From Mobula hypostoma (taxonomy: Eukaryota): a stretch of DNA of 64,000 nucleotides. The translations under genes were made by a program, and so were the position numbers. Position 1 is the stretch's first letter, and every line of letters starts with the position of its first letter. Below are positions 50,687-64,000 of this stretch, piece by piece. Below the pieces are notes generated by a model. The model ran no database searches and was not told the DNA's origin. It worked only from the letters and a program-made list of their open reading frames with translations. The stretch is taken from the NCBI RefSeq assembly GCF_963921235.1, contig NC_086097.1, forward strand, positions 133,860,001 through 133,924,000. Reading direction: 5' to 3'.

Positions 50687-51589
50687 CGGTCTCTGGAGAC
50701 AAACTGTCCACTGACATCTTCTACAAGCCCACTGACTCTCATAACTACCTCGACTATACCTCTTCCTACCCCGCCACATGCAAAAATGCCATTCCCTATT
50801 CCCAGTTCCTCCATCTCCTCCGCATCTGCTCCCAGGATGAGGTTTTCCATTCCAGGACATCTCAAACGTCCTCCTTCTTTAAGGATCGTGGTTTCCCTTC
50901 TGCTGTCATCAATGATGCCCTCACCCACATCTCCTCCATTTCCCGCACTTCGGTTGTCACCCCATCCTCCTGCCACCACAACAGGGACAGAGTTCCTCTT
51001 GTCCTCACCTACCACCCCACCAGCCTCCGGATCCAGCACATTATCTTCCGCAACTTCCGCCACCTTCAACAGGACCCCACCACTAAGCACATCTTTCCCT
51101 CTCCACCCTTCTCCGCTTTCCGCAGGGATTGGTCCCTCCGCGACTCCCTGGTCCACACGTCCCTCCCCACGGATCTCCCACCCGGCACTTAAGCGTAAGT
51201 GCTACACCTGTCCCTACACCTCCTCTCTTGCCACCATTCAGGGCCCCAAACAGTCCTTCCAGGTGAGGCAACACTTCACTTGTGAGTCTGCTGGGATCAT
51301 CTATTGCATCCGGTGCTCCCAGTGCGGCCTCCTCTACATCGGTGAAACCCGATGCAGGTTGGGGGACCGCTTCGTCGAGCACCTCCGCTCTGTCTGCCAC
51401 AACAGACAGGATCTCCTAGTAGCCACCCACTTCAACTCTGCTTCCCGCTCCCATTCAGATATGTCCATACATGGCCTTCTCTACTGCCATGATGAGGCTA
51501 AACTCAGGTTGGAGCAGCAACATCTCATATACCGTCTAGGTAGTCTCCAGCCCCTTGGAATGAATATAGAATTCTCCAACATCCAGTAA
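50687..51589 (+). pseudogene. Truncated Penelope RT-thumb/GIY-YIG ORF, frameshifted near 51190
   Basis: ORF 50680..51192 continues in the C-terminal part of ORF 50318..51589. Confidence 0.9.
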
Positions 51590-51853
51590 TTCCCTCCCCC
51601 TCCCTTCCTTTATCCCTATGTCACTCTGCCCCCTCCCCCAGCTGCCTATCACCCGCCTCATGGTTCCACCTCCTTCTACTACCCATTGTGTTTTACCCTA
51701 TTCCTTCTTCACCTTTCCTGCCTATCACCTCCCTGCTTCCCCTCCCCCACCCCTTTATCTTTTCCTTTACTGGTTTTTCACCTAGAACCTACCAGCCTTC
51801 TCCTTCCCACCCTCCCCCCACCTTCTTTATAGGGCCTCTGCTCCTTCCCTCTA

Positions 51854-51891
51854 CAGTCCTGACGAAGGGTTCCGGCTCGAAACATTGACTG
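51854..51891 (+). ncRNA. Hammerhead motif in the Penelope terminal repeat (stem III palindrome decayed)
   Basis: cagtc ctgacga agggttccggctc gaaacatt gactg. Confidence 0.65.
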
Positions 51892-52819
51892 ATCATTTCC
51901 ACGGATGCTGACCGACCTGCTGAGTTCCTCCAGCGTGATGTGAGTGTTGCTTTGACCCCAGCATCTGCAGATTATTTTGTGTTTACTATGGGACTAGGAT
52001 ACTTAAATGGTTCAGCATGAACTAGATGGGTGAAGGATCTGTTTCTGTGCTGTACATTTCTTTGACTCTTTGACTATTAGATCTCCCAAAAATGTAGCAC
52101 CTTATTCTTATCCCAATTAAACTCCATCTGCCATTTACCTGCCCATATATGCAACTAGATCTATATCCTGCTATAACCATTGACATTCTTCTCCTCATCT
52201 CAGTCCTATTCTATTTGGCATTTCTATAGTGATCTCTGTTTTGTGCCATATATTGCTATTGAGAATGAGTGTTTTTGGGGGTGTGAGGTGAGATGGGGGG
52301 GGGAGATGTATCACCTTTAATCCAAGTAGGATCCAGAATAACACAATGGCTTGTGTTTAAAAAAAACAGAGCTCATTTCACGGAGGGGGAAATCATACAC
52401 ACAAGAATGGAACATGAGTCAAACTCTCCATGATTCAGTGGGGTTTGACAGAATCCAAATATTACAGATGAAACCACTCTGTAATATGCAGGAAATAAGA
52501 TAAAACAAACACAAGCAAACCACTGTGTGCTACTCCCAGAATGCTCATTTTCTGTCTTCATGTTATGAATGATGATTCAAAGCAGTCACAAATTCATGTT
52601 TTCAAATGCTGTTGTATACTCCAGGGCTTTCATTATATTTTCCACTATCTGGGGGAGTTTCTAAACCAGGAAAATATTTGTTTGATATGCAACTTGACCT
52701 CTTATTGCCCAGCATCCTGCCTCAGTTTTTAACCACTGCATCATGGTTCTTTATTGCAAAACCAGTGCTCTGTTAAGGATGTCTGGAATGCCTGCTATGG
52801 TCTGTCATATAATATCTGC

Positions 52820-53095
52820 TTCATAGCTCCAGGTTCAATACTAAGCCTTGATGCTGTCTGTGCAGAGTTTGCACATTCTCCCTGTTACTGTGTGGGTTTC
52901 CTTCAGACGTTCTGGGTTTAATGGCACATCTCAAAGACTGCAAATTAATTGGCCATTGCTAACTGCCCTTAATGTACAATTAATTGGGAGTGTCTGATGG
53001 GGATGGAAATGGAATAAAAATAGCATTAGTGCTGAGTGGCATTTGGTAGTTGACAAGGTCACAGCGGGCTGAAGAGCCTGTTTCTGACTCTGATT
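52820..53095 (+). mobile_element. V-SINE-like element
   Basis: ggttcaatac B box, gagtttgcacattctccctgttactgtgtgggtttcc core, CR1-type tail. Confidence 0.65.
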
Positions 53096-53954
53096 ACCCA
53101 ACAGAGGGACTATGTGTACTGAGAGAGGTCTCACAGTGATGCAGAGTTGTCCAGTGAGGAAAAATCGAAGAGTGAGAGCTTTATACAGCAAAGCTAAAAG
53201 AATGAAACTACAATGAAACCGAAAACATTTCACAGAACAGGACAGCACTTGGCAGGCTATTAGACCTGTGATGTTGTGCCGATTTTAATGCCAATTTATA
53301 TTAAATGCCCATATCCCTCATTCCCTTCATAGTCATACATCTATCTAGAAGTCTCTTAAACGTCACCAAATTGCCTGCTTCCACTACTACCCTTGGTAAC
53401 CCATTCAACACTGATCACTCTCTGCATAAAAGCCTTGCCCCTCACTTTTAAACTTCCCCCCTTTAACACCCTTGATGAAAACAGAAACATGTGCACCACC
53501 CACACTGCCCACCACCCCTTTCCTGAAGTCAATGATCACCTCTTACATTTTGCTGACATTGAGGGAAAGGATGCTATCGTGCCACTAGTTGCTTTGAATC
53601 ATCATTCATAACATGGATAGAAAATGAGCATCCAATGTTTCACTGAAGGAGTGCTGCTCTGACAGAGAAGCAGTCCTACATATGAGATGGTCACCTGAGA
53701 TCCCACCTGCCCTTTTAGTTGTATGTAACAGACTTTAAGGCACAGATTCCAAGAAGAACTGGAAGTTTTGAAGGAGGGTTTCGACCTGCTTTATAAACTC
53801 TTGATTTTTCTCCTCCACAGGTGCTACCTGATCTACTGAGTGTTTCCAGCATTCACTTTTGAATACAGAGCATCTCCCTCAAACACAGCCCAATATTTAC
53901 CCCATTGCCAACATCACCAGAAAGAAATCAATTGTGAAGCTCACTCTAGAGGGG

Positions 53955-54135
53955 GCAACAAACAAAATGCTGGAGGAACTCAGTGGGTCGGGCAGGATCT
54001 GTAAAGGGAAATGGACAGATGAGGCTTTGGGTAGAGACACTTCATCTGGGCTGTGAGTTTCTACCCAAAATATCAACAGTTCATTTTTTGCCACAGATGC
54101 TGCCTGACCTGTTGAGTTCATTTAGCATTGTGCTT
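53955..54135. mobile_element. Degenerate foldback Penelope terminal repeat
   Basis: acaaaatgctggaggaactcag ... gatgctgcctgacctgttgagttcatttagcattgtg. Confidence 0.65.
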
Positions 54136-57100
54136 ATCATTTGAGATATGATGTCTCAACACTCTAAAAGACCTGTCCCTTTTTTAATCATTAATAATTT
54201 ATTTCCAATGAAGTCTAACTTTTTACTGTGCTGTAGATAGTAACTGAAAAGTGCACATCAAGCTAATTTAGCAGAAGAACTGTTACCAGCTTCAAAAAAT
54301 GTGGAACTCTGAGTAGAATCAAAATAAGACTCATTCTGCTTCTAAAGAGTCTAGATCCTATATTACTTTATAACAGTTTTTAAGCTCAATGATGCAGTAT
54401 TAAAAGAGGGCAGTTTATCATTCATAACACAGTTTTAGATAAATATTTTTCAAGAACAAGGTCGAAATATTACCGTATCTCTCAAAGAGTTACTTATGAC
54501 CCTGGAGTAACCACGCAGATGGGAAGATGGGATGCAAATGCTGCCTCTCCTGAACAGTTGCTAAGACTCTGAATGAGAAGAGGTATGTTTTTTTTTCTGA
54601 CTCCAGTTGATCATTACTTCACAGCTTTTAATTCAGCCCATCCAAGATGGAACTAATTGGGGAGAATTCTGCAATTCTGTAGTAAAAAGCTTGATTCCCA
54701 ATACTAGCAACCAGCCTTCGATTAAAACAAAATAAACCCCTTTAACCCTTGTAGAAATACCGTCCATTAATTATAAAGCATCCATTATTTTGTTCTGTTT
54801 TACACATAGATGATTCTTTCATATTAATGCAGTGGCAGGATACTTAAGAACAAATTTGCTCAAATAACAACCATATGTAGACAGGAAGGCATTATAATTC
54901 AGATTTTACAGCGCATTCTTTTCTACAATTTGTTTTATTATTTGCCTTATTTTTCTTTTTCACTTTTCTTTATTCTGCTCACTTTAAGTATAAATGAAAA
55001 TAGACATAGGTAAAATTGGCCTGACAGAAGGCATTGTGGAACTGATGCAGAACTGCACAGCATTCTGAGCAGAATTTCTCAAGCACTCTTTTTTTTTGGC
55101 AAATTCAATTCCTAACAAGAGCTGTTGAGCCTCGTGGTTTTACGTGTGGTTGATGTGTGGATCATGTCACCTCTTTGCAAATCACCGTTCCAGCACAAGG
55201 CTACAGAGACCGAGGTCTGCTGTTGCTCTGGATTTAAACCGAGGTTTAAAGTGCCAGCCATGCACTGCTGATTAAATTCAACAGATTGAGGGGAGGTTCG
55301 ACTTCCACCTCAATTCAGCCTTGCAATGCTGCGTGTGACGCTGTCTATTAAACACCCCATTGTGCAAGAACATAAGGACTGAAGGAACATCGAGTAATAG
55401 ACACAGAAAAATGCATCACAGAAACAGGCCTTTCAGCCCAAATCGTCTATTATCTACCATGATTCCCATCTAAGCTCTTCTTATCTGCCTGCATTTCACC
55501 CATATCCGTCTAAATCTCTAAACCTTCCCTATCCACATACAAGTCCAAGCGCCTTTTGGCAAGTTCATTCCATATATCTGTGTGAAGAAATTGTGCCTCT
55601 GGTCCCTTTTAAATCTTTCCCCTCTCACCTTAAGCCTATGCCTTCTCTATTTACTGGGAAAAAGACTGTGCATTCATGATATTGATGCCCCCTAAACTCC
55701 TCCATACGGTCAAACATGGAGAACAGGCCAAGGCAATTCAAACCCTCAAACCTATTCTGTCACTTATACTATGGCCAACTTGCATCTTTACCCAATCCAT
55801 CTGTATTGGTTATGCTATCCCCAGTATCTTTCCCTAATGAAAACCATTAACCATTTAACTTCAGTTATGAAGTTTCCAAAAACCCCATAAAACATTTTAA
55901 GAGGAGGAAGTTCCAGATTTTCATTCCCCTCTGTGTGACCCATCATTGCCAAACAGCCAGGTTCTGATTTTAAAATAATGCCCCTGTGACCTGCGCTCCT
56001 CTCTTCCCACCAAATGTCCCATTTAACGCAGCTTGTGGGGCCTCAGGATTAACCCTTTAACCCTGGAATCTTTGAAGTGGTTCGATGCTGCTCTCCCGCC
56101 AAGGTGTACATCTTGGAGACACAAGAGACTGCAGGTTCTGGAGTCTGCAGCAACATACAAGATGCTGGATGAACTCAAAGGGTCAGCCAGCATTTATGGA
56201 AGAAAATGTACAGTCAATGTTTTGGGTCAAGACCCTTCATCTGGACTGAAAGACAGACAGTGCACCCTATTGTGTTTGGTTGATGCTTTACATAGATGTA
56301 GATACATTTCCAATCATCTATTCCAAACACCACTAACCTTTGGTAACATTTAGTTCTAACCAATCCATTTATCAGCCTGTGCCTCCTCAATCCCTAGTTT
56401 CACTGGAAGAAATCTCAGTGAAGTCATAAGCTTTTGACTGAATTAAGGAGTACACTCCCAGTTGGTGAGTACATTTGTTTCTGTGACAGATATAAACAAA
56501 AGTCACAAACTCATCACCACTGAAATGCCATTCTATTTGTCAGCCATACCAGTGATCATATCTGGAAAGCATTTGCCAGCGATTACACTAAAAGTCTATG
56601 TTTGATGTTGATGTTTCTACGTATTCACAATGGGCAAAGTTGTCAAGGGAAACGTCTTTTCTCCCAAAAGCTTTCATCAAATTCAAAACACAACAGGAAG
56701 CCAGGCGTTCAATAAGGAACATGTCCATTTTCGTAGTTCAAAAAAAAAGATGTGTTTGAAGTGGATTGAAAAGGAAACTGAATAAATGCCCTAGGGAGAA
56801 AAGAAGAGAAAGATAAGATGATGGGGGTGAGATGGAGAGAGGTGGGAAGAAGCTCATTTTGGCTGAGTAGTCAGTTTCACTGCTGCAAGTTCTAATAACT
56901 AACTGCTTAATAGATGCTCTGTTGAACCTTGATTATTGACTGCACAAAGGGCAAGAATCCACATAGGTCCATGTTCCCAAAATTGTCAGTGACCCTGTAG
57001 CCACAGTCCTCCAAGGTAGGGAATCCCAAAGATTCAGCAACCTTTTCAGAGAGCAAGCACACTTATCTCAATGCTAAACGGCCACTGCTTATTCTGCCAA

Positions 57101-57959
57101 CGTATCTCCCAGTTCTTGGCTGCCCTACCTGAAGACCCATCCTCTTAGTACAATCTCTCATCTTGATTAAGTATGTATCTCATTCGTCTGAGTTCCAGAG
57201 AGTCTGTTCCACCTTTCTGCATAAAACAACACCATCCTCTTCAGAGTCAATGAGTGATCTTTCTCCATAAAGCCTCTCAAGCAATTTGTCTTCCCTTGAA
57301 GCAGGAGATCAAAACTGTACACAGGATCCCGGGTAAGAGTAAGGAAAAAATAAAGAAAATGCATCGTCCTAATCTGCCAATGATTGTTTAGTATAGTGAT
57401 TTTGTTTCAATTAATTCATACAAGAGATTTACCTTTATGATAATATTACAGTCCAGCTTTATTCAAAGAAGGAATTATTTTAGTAAAAGTAGTACCATTG
57501 AACAACAGTAGAGTGACACGTCATTTGCCTTGTTGGTTATTTCATTTGATTTTGTTTGTGGAATGTGGAGGCTGGTGACAGCAGTTATTGCCTATCCCTA
57601 ACAGCCGTTAAATTGAGAAGGTCAATCACATTGCAGCGTCTGGAATCAGACTCAAGCCATACCGCTAAAAAGCATGAGATATTATTTCCCAAAGATCATT
57701 AATGAGTTTTTACAACTAATTTGTTACTGACTCATTTTTTTAATTCCCCAGTTGTCATAACGGGGATTTGAACTCATGCCATCAGATCTGTCAATAGCAC
57801 AGTCTGCCGGCAGGATAACTTAACCAAGTCTATTGTGCCACTGACTAATTCTCTTGCTGGATATAAGCTGCTGAATGTAAAATAGGGGCAATAAAGCATC
57901 TGGCTCTTTGGTAGGACCAAAACTCTCTCTATGTCTGTCAATTACTGAGGAATAAACTA

Positions 57960-58285
57960 AGGACCACAGTGATGCAGTGATGGTTTACAGTGCCAGGGAA
58001 TCCTGACATTGGGTACTGTTGGGGTTTTGCATGTTCTCCTTGTGACCATATGGGTTTTCGCTGGGAGCTCCGGTTTCCTACCATATCCCAAAGGGGTGTG
58101 GTTTGTGAGGTTAACTGGCCACTGTAAATTGCCCCTAGTATGTAGGTGAGTGATGGGATTTGGGTGGAGTTGATGAGAATTCAGAGAGCATAAAAAAAAT
58201 GAAATCAGTGTGGGATTGGTATAAAAGGGTGTTCGATAAATAGTACGGACTTAGTGGACCAAAGGACCTGTTTCCTTGCTGTACC
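57960..58285 (+). mobile_element. V-SINE-like element
   Basis: tttgcatgttctccttgtgacc..gggttttcgctgggagctccggtttcctacc..ttaactggccactgtaaattgcccctagt; CR1 tail ggaccaaaggacctgtttcc. Confidence 0.75.
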
Positions 58286-60699
58286 AGGAGGCAGAATTCA
58301 AAGAAGGTGAATATACTGAAACATCAAACACAGAAACAGAAAGAAAGGGACCAAAAGAGAGTAACAAAAAAGAGATGTTAGAATTCAAAGAAAGCAACTA
58401 ATTCTAAAATATGGCATTTCAAAACTCTCCTTACCACAACCTAAAGAAGTAGGGCACCACTCAGTTAATCACTATCTGAGCCAGATAAATAGCAGTCATT
58501 GACAATAACGACATCATTGACATAGTCCATACTGAACTCTCTACGAAACATTTACTGGGGAATTAACTCAACAAATTGGGGGACAGCATGGCAGGTTGTG
58601 GAGGAGACCCTGATGAAAATGTTAAAGAGAGTGTTCAAGATTTTGTAGCAACTTGCAGTTCATACAATTGGAAGTTTTTTTTTCACTATTTGACAATATC
58701 ACAGTTTGATTTTGTTCTAAGGCAGATGGATACTTGTACACGTATCAACAAAACTACAGAATAGGCCAGAGAGAGGCATCTTCTGATTTCCCCTGACCTG
58801 TCTTGTCACCAGCTAATTTACATAGTAGTAATGAGTGCCCTTAGAATGTCAGCAACTTCTGGCTCAATCGATCTTTAAGCATCCTGATGTAATGCTGTAG
58901 CCAGGACAATACTTAAAGAGAGGATAAGCATTGGCAAAGCATCCAGAAAAGCAATTTATTTTTGTTTCTCCTCCCCCCCCCATGTACACACACATGCAAG
59001 GATACCCATATACATACACACAGAGACACACATGCCTTCTTGTGGTATAAAGCTCATTTGCAAATGACGATCTGGCCCAGCAGTGAGATAAAATGCATGC
59101 ACGGTACTGGAATGAGCATGCTCTCATTCACAGAACCTATCTAATCCATGTCTTAATTATTAAAAAGGTTTGCATTTTATTTTCCATTGTGGAAAGTACA
59201 TCCTCTGCCAATGAGAGGGCTCAATTATTTATTTATTTCCTACAGTAATAGAAAGAAAGCAACACACAGTCATTTCCACACATTTTCATTGCTTTTCATT
59301 TATCTTCCAGGTACAGTAGTTCTTTTTCACACTGGGTGGCAGCTGATCTTTAGCAGCTAAACTTGGCAGCACATCTGTCTAAGAAGAGTGTTTCAGCCAC
59401 TGTGCAAAAATGAGCTAGCTCTAGCCCGCTGTGTCCACAGAAGGGCAGAGGCCTATTCATCAACGGCTGGCGGCTGCTGAGAGGCACTTTCTGCAGCAGT
59501 CTGAACCTCCAGTGACTTTTCCGGGGTCTAGACGTCTCATGGTTATAATCAGTCAACTTCCCGCTGAACTTTCTCTCACCCTGCCGACCTTTGTCTCAAC
59601 CCAGGCAAATGCTGCTCTGTGACCCCACAGGGGCCTAGCGGCCAGCAAAGCCTACAGTCTCCTTAACTATGCCATTGAGAGCAGGCAGACTTTCTGGGCC
59701 CAACTGCAGTCACTGATACCCTTACATTATAAACTCAGTTAGTCAGTGAGAATACAATATGCTATGATGAGCTGGGGTTTGGGGAGTGTTTCTGGTGGTG
59801 TGTGGTAGTGAATGGGCCTTTCTGAATATACAGTTTTCCCAAGAGATCCCCAACAGGAATAAAAAAGACAAAAATAATGTATAAATCCTATAAAAAGTAA
59901 AGTAAAAACATTTATAACGAAGAGGATTCACAAAGGCTTGAGCCTATTTCCATTATACAGACCCCTTGTGGGAACTACATTAAAGAGGAATTACTTTGCA
60001 TAAAAATGGATTTCATACAGCCCTGGTTAGATGACTGACTAAAATGATAATACACAGCTGAAGGCATATCAATCAGCCAATGAAATAAAACCTGATGGGT
60101 TTCATAAAATTGGCCATTTTGTTTTTTTTTATTGTAAATGATTTTGCCTGTGCAAATTCTGCCGGTTTCTTTATGAAGAGCTTCAAATGATGCGGGTATG
60201 TGTGAATCTCCCACACTATCTCTCTCTTTCCTTTGATCCAGTGAATGAACAAATGATATGATATTTCTTCACGAGCAGGAAGCAGAGCGACAATGCAACA
60301 AGCCCAATTGCAAACTCAAGGGTCTTTTGACAGCAGCAATTAAGCAACTTAATTAATGAATGACTAAAGATGATAATATTTACCATGCAAGAGCATTCTG
60401 TTTTGCATTTTCATTTGCATCATACAGCGGAACGATTTTTACTTAGCTTCATGCCACTAAGATCTTTCAATGGTATTTTTTTACAATAAAGTCCTTTACT
60501 CCTCAGAGGGATTAACCCCAATGTTGTGAAATCCAACTTTTGGTGAAGGCAGCCTTCTTTTTCTGAGGGACAATTTCCTTGTGCTTTTGCAAGTGGAACT
60601 TTACATCAAAGTGGTAGATTAATTACTGATAAGAGGCTAATAAAATATTAATGACTTTTGTAATTAACAAACTCCAGAGCTGATGTCTGCTCATCACCC

Positions 60700-63130
60700 T
60701 TCCAGCCACCCGGTTAAGTGGCACAATCACTCCTATAACAGGTGCCACTTAGAACGAGCTGCTGCACAAGCGTAGCAAGTGTCAGCCAGTGACTTGGTTC
60801 ACCTTCCTGAAGTACAGACAAGTTGCGGTATTAAAGATGATGCTAACTGTGCGATGGAGTGAATCATTAGCAAATGGTCCCTCCAACGAACACCCTTAAT
60901 CGCAGACCAGGTCTGAACAACATTTCATCCACGTGGATACACTGCAAGGCTGGACCAGCTCAAGAAGAAGAAAAGGTCATCACGTTGACAGTGACGGAGG
61001 AAAGTGAGGGAAAGAAATGTAAGCAATGTACTTTTCACCTCAGGCCAAGGTCAGGTAGACACTGCAGGAGCTGAGGTCCATAATTAGCATGAAACAATGC
61101 ACCCGGATGCCTTCCCTATCACTGCATGGGGATTTTAAGCTGGCCAGTCTCTGAATAATTACCACAAACCTATCACCTGCAGAACCAGAGGAGCCAATAC
61201 ACTTGACCACTGTTATACCACCAGCAAGAACACTTACCATGCCATTCCATGCCCACACTTTGTAAAGTTCGATCACCTGGCTGTACTTCTACTACCGGCA
61301 TATAGGCAGAGACTAAAAACTGCAGCATAAAGAGGGTATTGTCAAGGGAGGTGGAGAAATGTTTACAGGACCACTTTGAGTTGGTGTACTGGACAATATT
61401 CAGGGATTCATCTTCAAACTTGAATGAATATGCCACAGTTGTCATGGACGTCATCAAGACTTGTGTGAATGAGCGTGTGCCTTTGAGGATAATACTGCAC
61501 GTCCCCAAATCAAAAGCCATGGATGAGTCTGCTGAGGACCAGATCTGAGGCATTCAAGACCGGTGATCCAGAACTATACAGGAAGTCCAGATACGACCTT
61601 CAGAAAACTATTTTAAGAGCTAAGAAACAATTCAGATTGAAGTTCAAGGTGGAATTGGATGCACATCAGCTCTGGCGGGGTTTGCAGGCCATTACATATT
61701 ACAAAGCAAGACCTAGCATCATGAATGGCTGTGATGCTTCACCCCCAGATGAGCTCAGCGCCTTTTATGCACGGTTTGAAAGGGTGAATAAAGCTACACC
61801 TGTGCGAATCCCTGCGGGATCTGGTGACCCTGTGCTCCCTGTCTCAGAGGCTCACATCAGAACATCTTTCAAGAGGGTGAACCCTCGCAAGGCATCAGGT
61901 CCTGATGGTGTTCCTTGTAGGGAACTGAAAACCTGAGCCAACCAGGTGGCGAAAGTGTTCAAAGACATCTTCAATCACTCACTGCTGCGGTCTGAGGCTC
62001 CTACCTGCTTCAAAAGTGCCCCAAAAGAGCCGGGTGCACTGCCTCAAAGACTTTCACCCAGTTACACTCACATTTATGGTGATGAAGTGATTTGAGAGGT
62101 TGGTCATGGCTAGAATCAACCCCTGCTTACGCAAGGACCTAGACCCGTTGCAATTTGCCTATCGCCAGAATAGGTCTACAGTGGATGCAATCTCACTGGC
62201 TCTCCACTTGGCCTTCGATCAGCTGGACAATGGTAATACCTACATCAGACTGCTGTTTATTGATTACAGATCAGCCTTCAACACAATCAGACCCTTAGTC
62301 CTAATGAACAACCTCCAAAGCCTGGACCTCTCTACCGTCACCTGCAACTGGATCCTTGCCCTCCTCACTGGGAGACCACAGTCAGTGCAAATTGGAAATA
62401 ACATTTCCTTCTCACTAATAATCAATACTCACACACCTCAAGCTTGTGTGCTTAGCCCACTGCTCCAACCTTGTTACACCATAACTGTGTGGCTAGGTGC
62501 AGCTCAAAGGGCATCTATAAATTTGCCAATGTCACAACTATTGTTGGCAGAATTTCAAATGGTGCGGGAGCAAGATAGATCAACTGGTTCAGTGGTGTCA
62601 CTACAACAACCTTTCACTCAGCATCAGTAAGACCAAGGAATTGATTGTGGATTTCAGGAGGGGGAAGTCAGGGGAACTCACACCAGTCGTCACTGAGGGA
62701 TCAGCAGTGTAGTAGGTATTGAGCACTTTCAAGTTCCTGGGTGTCAACATACCTGACAGTCTATCTTGGTCCCAACATATTGCTGCAATTACAAAGAAGG
62801 CACAACAGTGGCTATCTTGCATTTGGAATTTCAGGAGACTTAGTACGTCATCAAAGCTCTTTCAAATTTCTACAGATGTACTGTGGAGAACATTCTAACT
62901 GAAACGACCTGTACAGGCCTAATCACTAATTCATGCAGCACTATGATCACTTTACAATGTAATAGACATTATTTTCTAATTGTTTTCTTTTTCATAAAAA
63001 ATTGTATATGTTGTTAATTTATGCTATGTATTTCTAATGCTATGTACCTGTGATGCTGTTGCAAGCAACCTTTTGCATCTATGCATACATGCACTTGAGT
63101 TTATGACAATAAATTCAACTTTGACTTTAT
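60700..63130 (+). mobile_element. Degenerate Rex1/Babar-type LINE with endonuclease and RT remnants
   Basis: CLQDHFELVYW..F, KASGPDGVP, LDPLQFAYRQNRSTVDA, RLLFIDYRSAFNTI, CVLSPLL; tail gacaataaattcaactttgacttt. Confidence 0.88.
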
Positions 63131-63752
63131 GTGATTTCATGAATAAGGGTTATAATTGCCTTTAATGTAGTGCGAGAAATACTTGAACATTTTCCTTCTC
63201 TCAAAAGCAAGGGTGAGAAATTTTGTGGAAGCAACAGAACACAGACCCGTTGCTTCTGATAGCCATTGAAATTGTGAAGCATGTAAATATATCCAAAATC
63301 ATGGATAACAGGTGTGAATTTTAACTCTCCCCACTTTGCATGCCTTGGTGTAAAAGGTGCCATTCACACTACGTGCTGTTGCCAATAATCCTCCTGTACC
63401 TCACTCTAAATGGCAACACTTCTATGAGAGAGTTATCATCACGGACTGCTTGGTAGTGAAAGGAATCACAAAATGAAACTGAATTTCATCGTGGGATGCT
63501 GAATTCTGAACTGTTTGCAATAATTTTCTTATCTCTGGGTTAAATTTGAACTGAGGGAGCAAGTAAATTGGGGACAAAACATGGAGTGTTGCAATTATAA
63601 AGAGAGCAACAAAAGTACTCAGAACTTGCTTCACGGAAGAAAAGAGAGATAGGAAAGAATCTCAATGCATATAAAATCATTTATAACCATCTTTCAAATT
63701 ACAACTACTCCAAGGAAAGGAAGTAATAAATATATTTATTTATTTATATTTA

Positions 63753-64000
63753 ACCGTGTCTACGCCCACCCGCACAAGCCAGCGAGCACTGTGAGGGTCA
63801 TGTTTTTTGACTTCTCCAGTGTGTTCAACACCATCCGCCCTGCTCTGCTGGGGGAGAAGCTGACAGCGATGCAGGTGGATGCTTTCCTGGTGTCATGGAT
63901 TCTTGATTACCTGACTGGCAGACCACAGTACGTGTGCTTGCAACACTGTGTGTCCGACAGAGTGATCAGCAGCACTGAGGCTCCACAGGGGACTGTCTTG
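63753..64000 (+). mobile_element. Younger Rex1-type RT fragment running off the right edge
   Basis: Translates RVYAH..KPASTVRVMFFDFSSVFNTIRPALLGEKL..WILDYLTGRPQYV..STEAPQGTVL. Confidence 0.85.

Larger units (their letters stand above)
50687..51985 (+). mobile_element. Penelope-like retroelement 3' fragment (RT C-terminus + GIY-YIG endonuclease + terminal repeat), 9-bp TSD, inserted in a CR1 3' end
   Basis: TDIFYKPTDSHNYLDYTSSYP..IPYSQF..RIC, then GIIYCIRCSQCGLLYIGET..RLGDRFVEH..VATHFN..LEQQHLIYRL..PLGMN. TSD ctatgggac at 50678-50686 and 51986-51994. Confidence 0.95.

Overview
Eukaryotic (vertebrate) non-coding DNA, dense in repeats. The repeat families suggest a cartilaginous fish, probably a ray; this is an inference. 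No host protein-coding exon could be identified, and almost every long ORF belongs to a transposable element. The window holds CR1 LINEs (one with a near-intact 924-aa EN+RT ORF2 and a 7-bp target-site duplication, TSD), Rex1/Babar-type LINE fragments, a full-length but dead IR/DR Tc1 transposon, hAT- and Tigger-like MITEs, V-SINE and Deu-SINE relics, a ~29-bp minisatellite and microsatellites. The most interesting signal is a family of Penelope-like (PLE) terminal repeats carrying minimal type-I hammerhead ribozyme motifs. One of them is a TSD-flanked head-to-tail array of 285-bp units with three hammerheads (7251-7958), matching the 'retrozyme' layout. A GIY-YIG Penelope fragment with the same motif lies at 50687-51985. 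Several TE-free islands carry clustered Pbx-Hox/Meis motifs and look like enhancers. Boundaries of degenerate repeats are approximate.
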